From Phoronis australis (Eukaryota > Animalia > Phoronida): a stretch of DNA of 64,000 bases. The position numbers were made by a program, and so were the translations under genes. The stretch is from positions 62,001-126,000 of the forward strand of contig NMRA01000222.1 in the NCBI GenBank assembly GCA_002633005.1, given 5' to 3'. The first letter of the stretch is position 1. The number at the start of each line of letters is the position of its first letter. Under the pieces are notes generated by a model. The model was not told the DNA's origin and searched no databases. It saw only the letters and a program-made list of their open reading frames with translations. This document shows, piece after piece, positions 26,091 to 39,232 of this stretch.

Positions 26091-26796
26091 CATTTTGTTA
26101 TTATCGTTCTTCAAGTGAGACTCTTGAGGAACGGCTACATACAATCAGCAATTCTTCTGCAAAATTTGCCAACAAACCTGGAAATTACACAAGTCATTCT
26201 TTATAAGCACCGACCTGAAGCCCTGGGTATATACCGGGAGTAGACAATGAATGGACCGCAGCTTTGGATGGCACACATTGTCTAAATCGATCTTCAATGT
26301 CGCCATCAATGTGAGACCCGGCGAAATACAACTGTTCGCGCACGTTGCTTCATTCTTTGAATTCCAAATGTCCTATACGAAGTAGAGTTCCTTCTCGTTT
26401 CCGACACTTTTAGGTGCATAACGGGTCGTGCTTCGTAGATTTAAAAAACATTTTCAGGTAATAAATATTCACACAACTTTTTGAAGTATTTCATTTCCTT
26501 CGACTCTACCTCTCGGCACATGCAGTGCTGTACGACCGTGACGGAAGCAGTTACGTATTTCCACAAAGTAACAATGCATGTAAAAGTTTTAATTTCGCTT
26601 CTGACATGAATGTGGTGAAAAGTTAACGAGTTTGGTTGGTACATTCAGTGCCTACATTGTACATGGACAGAAACTGCATATGCGTAAATATATTACGTTT
26701 GGGTTTTCAAAAGTTTCAGGGTCTTGTGGTGAGGGCCCTACGACTAACCAACTACAAAGCATGCCTTCAAATTTAAATTAATTTAGCTTACAGCAT

Positions 26797-26921
26797 ACCG
26801 CTTACAGCGTGCGTTCTTAATGAACACGACTATTATTATATCGGTTAATGAAATGTAACCGCTTACAGCGTGCGTTCTCAATGAATACAACTATTATAAT
26901 ATAGGTTATTCAAATGTAACC
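26797..26921 (+). repeat. Tandem duplication, ~61-bp unit x2
   Basis: accgcttacagcgtgcgttct.aatgaa.ac.actattat..tat.ggtta.t.aaatgta occurs twice. Confidence 0.85.
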
Positions 26922-28862
26922 ACCAGCCCATATTAAATTAAAACGTGAGTGTACAATCATTCACATTTATTTTTCTGACGACAGTTTGTTATCCTCCATC
27001 GAGTGCAAAAACTTCGGGGCATAGTATTCCAAGCTTTCATTTTCATGATTTCGGAAAAGAACACGAACTATATCGCAACGGCACTCAGTAAAAATTGTCC
27101 AGATTCTGCAGTTAAAACCCGCTCTCGTTGGCAGAAATAATCACCCTACAATAGATCATAAACAACTTTTATTTGCTCTGAATATGTGCATCTACATGAG
27201 ATTAATAATACAAATTAAGACACTCGACTGAATAACGCGCATCAAACAGCTTCTCAAATTTTTTTTGCAGGTTATAAAGTAATAAACAAATTTAAAGTGT
27301 CCACATTTTGATGCCCGTTATATCCGACTATAGAATAAGCATGGAATAATCGTTAAAATAATCACAAACCTTACCTTTGTATAAGGTCGTGCTTACTTCC
27401 TCTCATAGAAGCACCCTTTTCACGCAATCTCAGATCCAGTTGGCACGGCTGCAAGCCATTTCACCATGTATTTAAAGGGCTCGCGAAATCGAGGCTGTTA
27501 ATCTATCACCACTAGTACACGCGCGCCCTCTAGTTATTGTAGATTTTCCGAATAGCCCCATTGATAAAATTGCGGAAATAACGCTGTTCACAGTAGGTAA
27601 CTCATGTATTTCACGGTGAAACACACCATTGCTTGGTTGTTAAATACGTGGACTGGGATCGGGTTGATTGTGATCACGCCTTTTCCATAAAATTGTACCG
27701 GAAGAGACAGGACATGACTGCACAACTTCAAAAGACGCGTTTTATTCGGTTTGTGAATTATAGCAGCAGTGGCAATTTTCTCGCGCCTATTTTTCAAAAC
27801 GCATCGATCAATTTCAATGACATTACCTAATTTGTAAGCGAGATTGAGTGAATTTCATTTCCATGCCGGAGATTTTCTGTAAGTTTTGGAAGACTTGTTT
27901 GATTTGATCTCGTGTGGGTTATTAACAAGATGGCGCATTTTGTCAAGCTTCAAAAAACGTACGCCAAATTGCAAAGTTTCACGCCTATATTTAACCATTG
28001 ATAACTTAAAAAACTAAACTAATTGTTAAAAGAATTCCTTATTTTGGAAATCCTTTGAGGTTATAATTGATTTTTGTAAAATTTACAGTGAGCTTTAAAT
28101 AATCCGAGATTTCTCAAAACATCTTTCTGCCAAGGGGTGTTCTCTCAAATTTAGGATCCTACCTATGTAGTGGTATAGGTTTTGTTACCCATATCGAAGA
28201 GTGAGATAGCAAACCAAACAGCCTTAACATCTTCTACTTGTGCTTTAAATCTTACGCCTGTCGAACATACAATTTCGAGTTTGAGCAAGCAACCCCTGTG
28301 TCGAAGTCAAGAAATTCGTTCGCAATTTAATAAATGTTTGAGGTTACTAAAATTTCAGCCTTCCACTTACGTCTAATTTGCCTCTTCTGATAGCCCATTT
28401 AATAACTTGACCTAGAATTTAATTCCAAGAACTAGGGTATCTTGTGTTTGATCTTGACACCATATGCTACCTTTAGTAGAAGCGCAACGAAGACTCGGCT
28501 TTTGGGGGAAATTTCCTACATTGTACATGCATGTCTGACCGCGCGTTTAGTCGCGGGAAATCACCCATCGCCAACTGCCGTATTTCGCAGTAGGCCTACG
28601 TTAATTAGTAGCCAGCAACCCGCGGTTATTCGGATATAAACGACATTTTTATAAAAGCTGAAGTTCAACATGTTCAAACTGACACTGACTATGTGGAGGT
28701 CACTCAAAATAACACTCAAGGGCCTCATTCTCGCGGAATTGCTTCGGGTGCGTCCGCGAAAAATCCGGATGTGTACGAGGGTAGTCTGCTATGAAAGTCA
28801 CAAAATAGGCTCCTTCAATTTGTGGTTTTGGTGTTTTTAGACATTTTTGTGGTCGAAAATTC

Positions 28863-30512
28863 ACTGGTTCCGTACCAGTTATTGTCGTACTACGTTATTT
28901 CCCGGCAAACTATGTTTGCTTGCCACCCAAGTGTGATTACTTTTAGCGCCCTCAGATGACGATAACAGAAAACAAGGCGAAGTGTCGAGCAGACTATTCG
29001 GAGAAAAACGGTGAGCATTTTTTCACTTTTTTGACATGTTGGTGTAAGTTTTAGCCCTCCCAAATAATGTGATCAGACGACAACAAGTACAGCAAATGAG
29101 TAAACCGATGTGTCGTCTGGTAGCTCATTCTTAGCTCTTTGTATGGTGTAATTTCTCGTTGCCAAATCCCTTGTATAGGCTGTGTTGTTTTTCTTGCTTT
29201 TTTAGTACGTCGTCGTGGACATCGGCAGATATGCGCAACTGTCTCAAAGCTATGGTTGAGGATGGCATTTAACGCCGTTTCTGAGTTATTTGGTATCCCA
29301 AAGTCAACCATCGCCGTCACCACATGGGTCTGAATAAATACACTAAACATCAGTGATACCAAGTTACGCGGAGGTCCCAGAGTTTTGCATATAGAAGTAA
29401 AAGATCATTTGATGAAACACTGATATAAAAAGTCTTGACAATCTTTTCTTTGGTATCACACCAAAAGATCTTGTGAAATTTGCATATCAATTGGTATCCA
29501 TAAATTTAGCGAAACCAAACAGTCTGGCTAAAAACCTGGTATTACAGCTTTATGAGAGGACATCCAGACTTCATTTTACGAGAAACGTTGATGCTGGCCA
29601 CTACGAAGCTTTAAGAAAGCAGTAACCGTCGCTCCTCGTAAAAATAAACGGATGTCCGACCTTTCTCCGTCCACTGGCTACCAAATGCATTAAATACAAT
29701 GCGTCGCACTCGTCATTCGGCGGCTCAGTCACGAATACTGACCAACAGCCCGTATTAAAGTGAACTGGAAAGACGAGCTGGTGCGCGACGAACGGAACTT
29801 AGTAAAAAAGTGAAGAAAGTTCAGAAAAAGCCCAAAGCCAGGAAAAGAAAACGTCACCAAGATGTCAGTTCGTTAGATAGCCGCGAAGCTGACGACACGT
29901 TTTGTCAAGAACGTTGGACAAAACTAGCAAATCTGGTGAAGAGTGGGTAGAATTTTTTCGTTGCAAAGGATGGGTCCACACGAAATGCACCGAGAACCAG
30001 CGATAATTCTGATTCCGACGGAGACGCTGATAAACCAGTTTGTAACACAAGTATAGTTGACTGATCCATTTTGTTATCTTTGTACTGGTTTGTTGTAACA
30101 AACATAGGTTTGTGGCGGTTTGTTAGCACAGATTTAAGAAGACGGCGGTTCGCATTCGAGTCATATATGGAAATGTTGTTTGTTCTCATATGTTTCTGTA
30201 TGTTGCCAATAAAAGGTTCGACTGTTTGCACTGTTTTCTTTTTCATCTTTGATTAGTAAAATATTCATAGTTAGCAGTATAGTACCACTGGTACGATTCT
30301 TATATCTGATAGGTACGAATTAGAAAACCAATGGTTCTTTTATTGACTTTTCTTCAACTTGTTTTGCATCTAAAGCATTGTCACTGTTCTTCTAAATCAC
30401 ATTGTGCGGTTGTACGTGTGAAGCCACAAACGGCCGTGAGATAGCTCCCGATTCCGTGGCTAGTTCAGCCTGACGTAGAGAGAGGCGCATCCTTAAATGG
30501 TACGAAACCAGT
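28863..30512 (+). mobile_element. Internally deleted pogo/Fot1-like (Tc1/mariner) transposon relic with HTH_psq and PHD remnants
   Basis: Inverted ends actggttccgtacca / tggtacgaaaccagt; psq-like AFNAVSELFGIPKSTI (~29265-29310); PHD-like SGEEWVEFFRCKGWVHTKC (~29930-29990). Confidence 0.6.
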
Positions 30513-30689
30513 AACTTTCCCCCACTCGAATTGACAAGTTGATGTCATCAAGTGAAAGAAGGTGTTCGAAAACTTGTTCAAAGTTGGTTTCGTATGGTAC
30601 GAAACCAGTAACTTTCCCCCACTCGAAGACAAGTTGATGTGATCAAGTGAAAGAAGGTGTTCGAAAACTTGTTCAAAGTTGATTTCGTA
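30498..30689 (+). repeat. Tandem duplication, ~97-bp unit x2, beginning in the transposon end
   Basis: tggtacgaaaccagtaactttcccccactcgaa...gaaggtgttcgaaaacttgttcaaagttg.tttcgta at 30498-30594 and 30595-30689. Confidence 0.9.
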
Positions 30690-31892
30690 GACTTTCATGA
30701 ACATGTGAGTAGAAAATTCTGAGCAAATTGACTTTCAATGCTACATTTTATGAGCAGTGAGTGACTTCAGTGGTGATCAAGGAACAGATAAATTCAGTTG
30801 TAGCCTGTGGCTGTAGTGTGCTGTTTAGAAGGCTGGTATTCTCCGATGGAAATGCCCAGATGAAGAGAGATTTAGTGTTAAGCTGCACAAGAAGTGCAAC
30901 AGAGCATGCACGATCTACCTGTAATGTGAGTGAGCCTGTTTTTGAATACGGACATATCCTGACCAGAGGAGGCGCGTTTGGTACATTTGCTCGATGCACA
31001 GCGGGTGCACAATATTGTCCACTTTCGTGTGATCTAGTGAGGGAAATCGCATTCGATGACATTGCAAGGCAGTGGGAGTCTGCTGCGAATGCATCTGAAG
31101 CATCGGCTTCTTATCATTAGATCGGCCACGGTCCCCTCCCCCATTTGGCGAAGTGGACAAAAAGGTCCGTCTCAGAGAAACAAAAGGCCCGAGAAAACGA
31201 GACCAAAGTTCACTAAAAAGGCACAGACGCACAGTTCACAGTACTGAAGGTAGTACCCGTTATTTTTTAGTCCTCCCGCTTTTTTGTCAGCAAAAGGTCC
31301 ACATCGTCAGAAATTCGAGACCCCCATATCAAAGGCTGGGTGCGCGCACAATAAGTTAGTAGCTGGACAAAGCTGGTGTCAAGTGTACTCCTGCAGTCGT
31401 GGCTAAATAGGGGAGTTTAGCAAGGAATGGCCAGAAAAACTAACGTTTCAAATGGTTAAAGGAAGCCCAGATCCCTGGCTTCTTTTCTCGCATGGCTGCC
31501 TCCTCTAAAGGGGGCTGCGGGATGAAGATCGAACTATTACATGACGTTCTGGGAGATCTGGGTTAATACCTACATGTACCTGTAGTTCGTTCTACTGAGA
31601 AGTTCTGTCGACACCATTTTTTGTTGGTTGATAAATAAATATATGGATGTCCGGCCTTCCTCCGTCCACCAAATTTTAGTAGGCCTACCCAAACTCAAAC
31701 CAAATTATCGTTAATTATATACATGCAGTAAGCTCTAACAAAATGAATCTTGAAATTTGTAGACGATTAATCAAAGTTACAACAGTAATGGTCAAAACTC
31801 TGGTCTTCTTAATTGGTCGCATAGAAATTCAACTGAAAATGAGCTTTTTTGGGGTTTGTTTAAAACCCCCAAGGCCCACAATTTACCCATCA

Positions 31893-32214
31893 CATAGGCG
31901 GATTTAGGTGGGGAGCAGGGAGTCCGCCCCCCCCCTTTTCTGCCGCGAGCAAAATGAAACAGCAACAACGTAAAGCGTGAGGAATTATGGAGTTCAGGAA
32001 CTAGGACCGGTACCGGATGAGGGACCCCAGATGGCGGCGGAATCGCGTTCCCGTTTTTCTTTTTTTTAAGTTTTTTTAGTCGGATTTTCAGAACAGAACG
32101 TCCACATGCCCGGCACCCGCAACTTTCGGGCGCTCTGCACATCCACTCGCGCTTTTCCCAATTCCACGAGGCAACATGTCGGCCCCCCTTTATGGTATCC
32201 TAGATCCGCCACTG
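31893..32214 (+). mobile_element. hAT-like MITE
   Basis: Ends cataggcggatttagg / cctagatccgccactg form an imperfect TIR; G/C-run subtermini. Confidence 0.65.
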
Positions 32215-33680
32215 CCTTGACCCAGTCTACAGAAGCTCGACACGACCTGCCAACGTCACAAATGTCGTTCCCGGCAGAGTGTAATGGTCTTGTCTGCTCT
32301 TCAATGAATGGCATATTCAAGTTTTTTGGGAGAGTGCGAGAAACGCACCGATATGTAATTTCTTCAGTAAATATACAGTTTGAAAAAAACTGTTAACTAA
32401 AAGTATATCAACGTTACACGGAGTATGTTGTAAACGAGTATACATCAGAAAACGTGATAAAATGTGAAATTATGTGCATTCACGTTAACGTACTATCTCC
32501 CAAAGTTAAGTAGAACAGGGCTATTGGTTGTCGCTCGTGGAACTATTTCCGTGACGATAGCAACAAAGCCCACAATCCGCTATTTCAGATCATTTTCTTA
32601 CGCCAGTTTCTGTTTTTAACCACCAGACTTGAGCCATAGTAGATTCACGCGTGGGTAAGTCTTATTGCAAAGTCACTCAACGACGTAATACGATTATGAA
32701 ATGTTTAAAAAGCACAGATACATCTACCTCAGGTTGTGGGGGTCGAGGGGGACGTGGGTCGAGAGGGTCGTGGGAGTTTTAGAACGATTCCGTTTTTGGT
32801 TGTCAAGTGCCAATTTAAATGCTTGTTGTAAGTGCTCAGTAAGTTAAACATGAAATACAAACAGTGACTGAAAGTTTTTGATTGGCAGTAGAAATATTGT
32901 TTAGGGTAAAGAATTATCTCAGTTGTTTACAGTTTCTTTGCTCTCAAGACTGGTTGGTTGTATGTCATCAGACTCTTAGTGCAGACGATAATTTCAGCGA
33001 CACCAGCGCTATAGCAGTAGAACATCCTGTTCATGGAAATATGGCTGTTCTAGTCACAGGCAGACGAATTTCTCGATGAACCACATAAGTTAGACACTAC
33101 AACGTTGTTGAGCATAGGCTACCAGCTTCACCTGTCCCAAATCCAAATAAAATCTGTTTGCACCTCCCTCATACAGGTATAACATAAACCGCAAAACCTT
33201 ATTTTCCCCAAATCCCATCACATTGTCTGTGAGTGGTGAATTGGCGACAGAATTTCTTAAACAATCAACACACTCTGAATTCAAGGAGGCTGATGGCACC
33301 ACCACTAGAAAATGAAAACAAGTAAATATCAACAAAGGTATATTTTGCAATATCCAGCTTTGTATTTCATCTTTAACAAAAACTTTTAGTTTGTTTTCAA
33401 ATAAAAAACATTTCAAATCAGGCATAAAGAATGCACTAGTTACTCTATGTACATGCATTATATTTTTCAAAACAGGACTTACTAAAATCAGTAACAAAGA
33501 AAACCCTAAAGTGAAAGCCTTATTCTTTATCCATTGATGACGTAGTAGGCTTCTGTAAATGTTTATTTTTGTACTAGATAATTTTTACACCATTCCACAT
33601 TTTATGCCATATAGTGTGTGTGCTAAACTGTTGAACTATTGGAGAAGTCAGTAATCGTTTATACGGGAAAAGCACTCTGT

Positions 33681-33898
33681 CTAATACTTTGTGAGGTGAT
33701 TCACCTTTCTCTCGGGTGCATTTTTTTCTTCCCACACCATGTCACCAGCAATATATGTGGCTTGAACATTCAGATCCTCATCAAGCATGATAAAGTCAGC
33801 ATCAGTTGTGTAGTCTAACGTTCCCTTGGAATGGGTGATACCCAGTAACTGAGCAGGATGCAGTGATGCGGCCTCTAGAGCTTCCACAATGGAACAGT
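33681..33898 (-). CDS. AMDHD2: N-acetylglucosamine-6-phosphate deacetylase, coding exon 8 (last)
   Basis: ttgtag|AC TGT: (H)[53 protein letters not shown]; AATAAA on the minus strand at ~33562. Confidence 0.95.
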
Positions 33899-34118
33899 CT
33901 ACAAATAGGGGTGACCAGTTGAAAACTGAACAACTGCACAGCAAACTTAGAGAAAACTTACAAAGTTACACTCGAATCATGTGCTACGATTGGTTAAGTT
34001 GAATTCTAAATTGTGTTTGGAGGTTAAGTCAAGTTGTGCAATATTAGAGCATCCAAAAATAAAAGTCACTTGTTGGTAACACCTAATTTTCAATGCAATC
34101 CAGTTTCTAAGTACTTAC

Positions 34119-34165
34119 GGGCTTGTTTTTTATAATGCCTGACACACGAAATTAATGTTGCAACA
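34119..34165 (-). CDS. AMDHD2: AMDHD2 coding exon 7
   Basis: tttttcag|T GTT GCA..GCC C|gtaagt; (S)VATLISCVRHYKKQA; phases 2/1 match the flanking exons. Confidence 0.88.
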
Positions 34166-35301
34166 CTGAAAAATAAGACATCAAAAATCATTTAAAACTA
34201 ACAGTTCACCAACAAAGCAGAGAATGCTGAACATATCTGAGGCTATAAGCTACAACGTCAAAGGTGAAATCAATGTAACAGTTATTGATGTTAGGTTTAG
34301 TAGAAGTACAAGTCCCCGTTTATCTTGGAGATACACTGCTCCGGGTTAATTACTCTTACCTGGGAAGTACGAAAGGGTAAATCTCCACTTATTTCACACA
34401 TGTATCATAATTGCCAAAGTTGTCATTTTTTCACTTTTCAAAGGCCTATTACGCTACAATGGAGACTCTACCTAATGTTATTTCATGGCATCAACACAGT
34501 ACAGACTGTGTTATTAATGGTCTTATTGTTCATCTTTAGCTTTGTGGACAAACTTGACTGAGTAAAATTTTATCAGTCCACCATCTTGTGTACAAAATAA
34601 GTGAAAAATTAAAAAGCTGCTATTTAGTTGGAGGCGCAACATTGTAATGGACAGCAGCCAATCACATTGCAGGCATCAGTAATACTAAACCTGTTAAAAG
34701 CTGACAGGCGAGCATGTCATAAAAAGACTAGCTCTTGATTTAGATCACTTAGTGTTATTAAAGAGTTCTCAAACTCTTCCTTTCTCAGAATATAAAACAG
34801 CTCATTTAAAATGACGTATTCTTATTAAAATGACATAGGGACAACCTTCATTTTTGAGCTTCAAAAGTGGTGCCTCTTACATCAATATAGGCAGACCTAC
34901 CCAAAGGTGCAAAAAGCAAGGCTCTCTATATCAATGTTGAGGGACCCGCGTTTGGTAGTCTTTCCCCGCTTTATACTCTATTGACATCAGGATCAAAAAT
35001 GAATTTTTGCTGACGTCATTAATAAAAGGTCATTCAAAATGATAACCTGTTAAAAGTGAGTCCAGTGACAACAGTATGTTATTAACACTAGTCTCAAGCT
35101 GTAGCAAAATTCAGTGCTCCCCAAGCCAATAAATCACTTCTTTTCCAATCAAATAATAACTTCAGATTGGCGACATTGATTACAGGAGTCTAAATCAAAA
35201 TTAATTTTTTTTGTAATGGCCTCACAGCAGCTTGAAGTCACATCCTTGAGAGGTCATTCGTTTCTAGCAACAACATTATGACTTCTTGCCTCAGTGCATA
35301 C

Positions 35302-35431
35302 CTTCCACACAACACACTAGTGCCGTGAACAACCGCTTTAAGGCCATTGACCTCCACTAGAGTGTCACCAAGTCTGTGGACACCGTCAGGTAGACCCATT
35401 GCTTGGATGGCGTCAGTGATCAGAACAATAC
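35302..35431 (-). CDS. AMDHD2: AMDHD2 coding exon 6 (catalytic Asp in ITDA)
   Basis: GIVLITDAIQAMGLPDGVHRLGDTLVEVNGLKAVVHGTSVLCG; cag| and |gtatgc. Confidence 0.95.
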
Positions 35432-35686
35432 CTGGTGCGAAACGACACGAAAACAACATCAAGCAACAAATTAATACTTAGTTCAGCTGGAATGTTTACA
35501 AATTTAGCTGTACGCACATCTCACTGTTGGCTCCATTGTCAACAAATATCCAGCATAAGTGTCATGTTTTCATTTTATCAAAACTAAACGAAGAAAATTG
35601 ATTTTAGAAATTTTACTAGTCTAAAACTACTGTGCTAATCAAAAAACAAAATGTCAAAGATAACAAATTTATTATGTACCTGTTAA

Positions 35687-36576
35687 AGGCAAAGCCAACC
35701 TTATTTCAGGTCATTTTTAGCAAAAATTAGGTTCGTTGATTATCCCGGACATATTTTTCATTTAATTACAGCTTTTTGTAATTTAAACAATTACTCGAAC
35801 TTTACTCCGGAAGTGACGTTAAGGGAGGCAAGTATTTCGTGCCAATTTCTTTTCATATAGTCTTACTGTGAGAGCTGCCGAGTCAGTCATTGTTCTACCT
35901 CTGTTGTGATTAGTTTGGTCGTCGTTTGCTTTTGTTTACAAGTCAGTCAACATGCCACACTGTAGCTGCATACCGAAATGTACTCATTATTGTCTCACAG
36001 ACAGAGGAACAATTGTTCCACTTGTCCGAGTGTCCCGCGACACACTCCCATTGGACAGTGACCTAAGCAAACTAACTGCTTACATCCCGCCGTGCGACTC
36101 CCTCGCCACACACCTGGCACCTTCTAAATAGCTCCATTACTTTAGAAAAGTCCTCTACTTATCAAAATTTGGCTCAATGATCTATTCATTAGACGACGAA
36201 GTGTCCTCGTCACTGGGTGTCGAACGGGGCCTGTATTCACTCCCTCTACTCAACATCGCAGCAGGGCTGCTTACAGGCTCTGGGCGATAATGAGTACATC
36301 CCGGTACGCAGCAACAATGTGGCATGTTGACTGACTCGTAAACAAAAGCAAGCGACGACTGAACTTGTCACAGCCAAGGAATAACAATAACTGACACTCA
36401 CACCACATGAAAAGAAATTGGCGCGAAATTCTTGCCTCCCAAAACGTCACTTCTGAAGTAAAGGACGAATAATTAATTAAATTAGGAAAAGCTGCAATCA
36501 AGTGAAAAATATGTCTGGGATAATGAAAGAACCTTATTTTTGCTAGAAATGGCATGAAAAAAGGTTGCCTTTCCCT
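35687..36576. mobile_element. Kolobok-like non-autonomous DNA transposon with ~310-bp TIRs and TTAA TSD, in an AMDHD2 intron
   Basis: ttaa|aggcaaagccaacc..tttagcaaaaat... mirrored by ...atttttgctaga..aggttgcctttccct|ttaa; arms ~35687-35995 and ~36283-36576. Confidence 0.8.
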
Positions 36577-36939
36577 TTAAAGAAATGCATAATAATGTTG
36601 GAAAATAACAGAGAGTATTTGTTATGTATCTTAAAAGAAATTACAAAGTTAGTTGTATATCTTACTCAGTTTAATTTTGTTGTAAGTTGAGCGTGGTTAT
36701 CAATTAAATGTAACTTTTTGATCACATCGTGTGAACTGTAAATGAACTCCAACAAAAGTGACTAATCATCAAGTGATGGCACACGTTTATCACAGTTTAC
36801 AGAAACAACACCAGATATGCAGACACAGCAAAACGACACATCTAAGTATGAAAGGGAACCACCAGTTAGCTGCATGAAGACTAGAAAGTTTTGTACCACT
36901 CTAACAACAATGGAAACGCAATAGATGAGGTGACGTTAC

Positions 36940-37084
36940 CATTGGGGTGTACTCTATGTGCGATACGCAGGGCAGCAGGATGGGTGTGGATTCCGTCAGC
37001 AATCATGCCATAGAAGACAGTGCGGTCCTTGGGGATTCTCTCACTGGTCAGCAAGCCTACTAGGCCGGGATCACGGTGATGGAA
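36940..37084 (-). CDS. AMDHD2: AMDHD2 coding exon 5
   Basis: [48 protein letters not shown]; tag| and |gtaacg; phases 0/1. Confidence 0.96.
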
Positions 37085-37932
37085 CTAAACAGTGTGACAT
37101 AGTCTTAAGTATAGCCAAACTCAGCGTGAATCTTTATCAGTGGTAGGTTACAAAACAGCAAATATTTATCAGAGGTAAACAGTGTAAATAATGCAGCTAC
37201 TCGTGACTCACTGTTCTGAAACACTGGAAGTTTCAACAACTACCCCGCTAAACAATTACTGACTTTCACCAAATTTAATATTTAATTTTTTTTAGACCCA
37301 AAAAATGTGATAATGATCAAGCCGAAAAAATATGATAACAGCATTACCATGCGAGGGATCAATATTCCAATTGATTGACATCCTACTTTACCTGTCCAAG
37401 TCATAGAATAATACAATCTAGCTGAATATAATGAATAATATCTTGTAATCAAAGTATAGGAAACAAACGACTGTGTCTTGATCTGATTGCAACAAATAGG
37501 TCAAACACTAAACATCTACTAGCTGACATTACCCAAAATTAATATCCTTTTCCAACAAGCACACTCTTATTTTCACAAAGAGTGACACAATGAAAAAAAT
37601 ATGAAGAACTTTAAACACATTTCAACACAAAATCCTGGAAGACAAGCAGATTTAAAATGCAACCTAATGTAAAAAAAGATTATGTTAAACATTCTTTTGA
37701 TCAGGAACCTATCGACAAATGATCAAATTAAGGAATTCAAAGGTAATTTTTTCCATGTTGGCATAATGTTCACACCATAATATTTTACTGTGTTTCAAAG
37801 TTACTGATATATGACTCTGGGCCCCGCTTATTAGGAAAATGTTTTGTGTCCCCTCCTTGCCTAGAAAGGAAATTTTTACTGTTATCATCTGGTTTGATAC
37901 TTCAGTTTAAACCCACCACATAACAGTAATAA

Positions 37933-38106
37933 ACAAACATTTTAAAGTCTGGTCAGCATGCCACCTGTTAGCTACATCACATGACCTCAATGAACCTAAG
38001 TCTGAAAAGATTTGTGCCCCCGACTGAATTTTTTTCAGACTTATGTTCATTAGGTCACATGATGTGGCCAACAAGTGATGTTGCAGACCAGACTTAAAAT
38101 GTTTGT
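37933..38106. repeat. ~174-bp intronic hairpin
   Basis: acaaacattttaaagtctggtc..catcacatgacct.aatgaac.taagtctgaaaa pairs with ttttcagactta.gttcattaggtca..tgatg..gaccagacttaaaatgtttgt. Confidence 0.85.
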
Positions 38107-39143
38107 GATCAATATTTACATATTTACAGCAGGATCATTGTTACAGTAATAAAATCATTTGATGCGAGGTACTTCCCCAAACCGCTCATCACACAAGCAC
38201 AAAAGCAACACAGAAACGTCTACTGGACAAATATATTATAACCAATGACAAAACTCTTACGATTTGGGACAGAATGCCAGAAAGTAGACACCAGTAGGGC
38301 CTATAGAGTAAAAATCTCACCCACTTTGGACTAAAATAATTCCCCAAAATTGGCCTTTTTTCATTTTTCAAAGGCTCCGAATGTTGTTGAGAATGTCCAA
38401 GGTTTCCTGAAACATTGTCTGATGGAAGCTATAGTATATGTGTTTTAACTCATAAAAACTGATACAGCCTTATTGTGCTCATTGTTCGTGAAAAAAAATA
38501 AATAAAATTTAGTCACTCCTCCACTATATTGTGTCTTGAATGAGTGAGATGTTGCCATTGGCGATAATGCTATGTTGTTGCACTGACAGTTTGCTTCAAG
38601 TTTGTTAATTTTTTTCATCACCAATTTTACAATTAAAGACCACCTTGAATGGTAACACATTCAAATTTTGTAGCTGCAATAGGCTTTGACTGTCCATCAC
38701 TCTTTGCAATAATGTCCTAAATTGCCAAATTTAATTAACGGTTAGGCTCATTGACTTAGTATACATGCCATGTACATTTGTCTACACCACCGCAAGAATC
38801 CTGACATGGTGTTCTGTTCAAAACCATATTCAATGTAACTACTTTCAGCCTATCTTTTGTTCTGTATTCTAGTTGTGAATACAAAGCTATTCTATGGTGC
38901 CAAATGGATACTTCATTTATCATGAGTGATTAAATATCAGTGACTTGTAGCTAAAGAATTGCTCAGACTATACACAATCATATAGGTGTCCAAATACATC
39001 TAAAATCATAACAAAAATCTGTTCAAGGCGGAGTTTAAAGTGTTGGTGCAGGCAAACACTACCAGAGCCTTGACCTGGGGTTAGTAAAGGTAGTTGGGTA
39101 GCTTACCTCTACCCATATAGTGCAGATAACAAGAAGGACTCAC

Positions 39144-39232
39144 TGGAAGCATAGCGTTAAAGAGATGAGTAATGAAGGTGGCTCCAGCAGAAGCAGCACT
39201 GGTTCCCTGAGTTAAGTTGCCTGTTGAATGCC
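39144..39232 (-). CDS. AMDHD2: AMDHD2 coding exon 4b (alternative; both metal-ligand His)
   Basis: ccaacag|GG CAT..CTT CCA|gtgagt; GHSTGNLTQGTSAASAGATFITHLFNAMLP; 89 nt, phase 1/0. Confidence 0.95.

Noticed and set aside
26797-30689. CRISPR-like arrays from the 61-bp and 97-bp repeats
   Set aside because: Two-copy tandem duplications without unique spacers; eukaryotic DNA, no cas genes
34339-34420. Possible alternative AMDHD2 exon 7 (gcaattatgatacatgtgtgaaa..cag|gtaag on minus strand)
   Set aside because: No open frame with the required phases and no good acceptor; 34119-34165 fits cleanly
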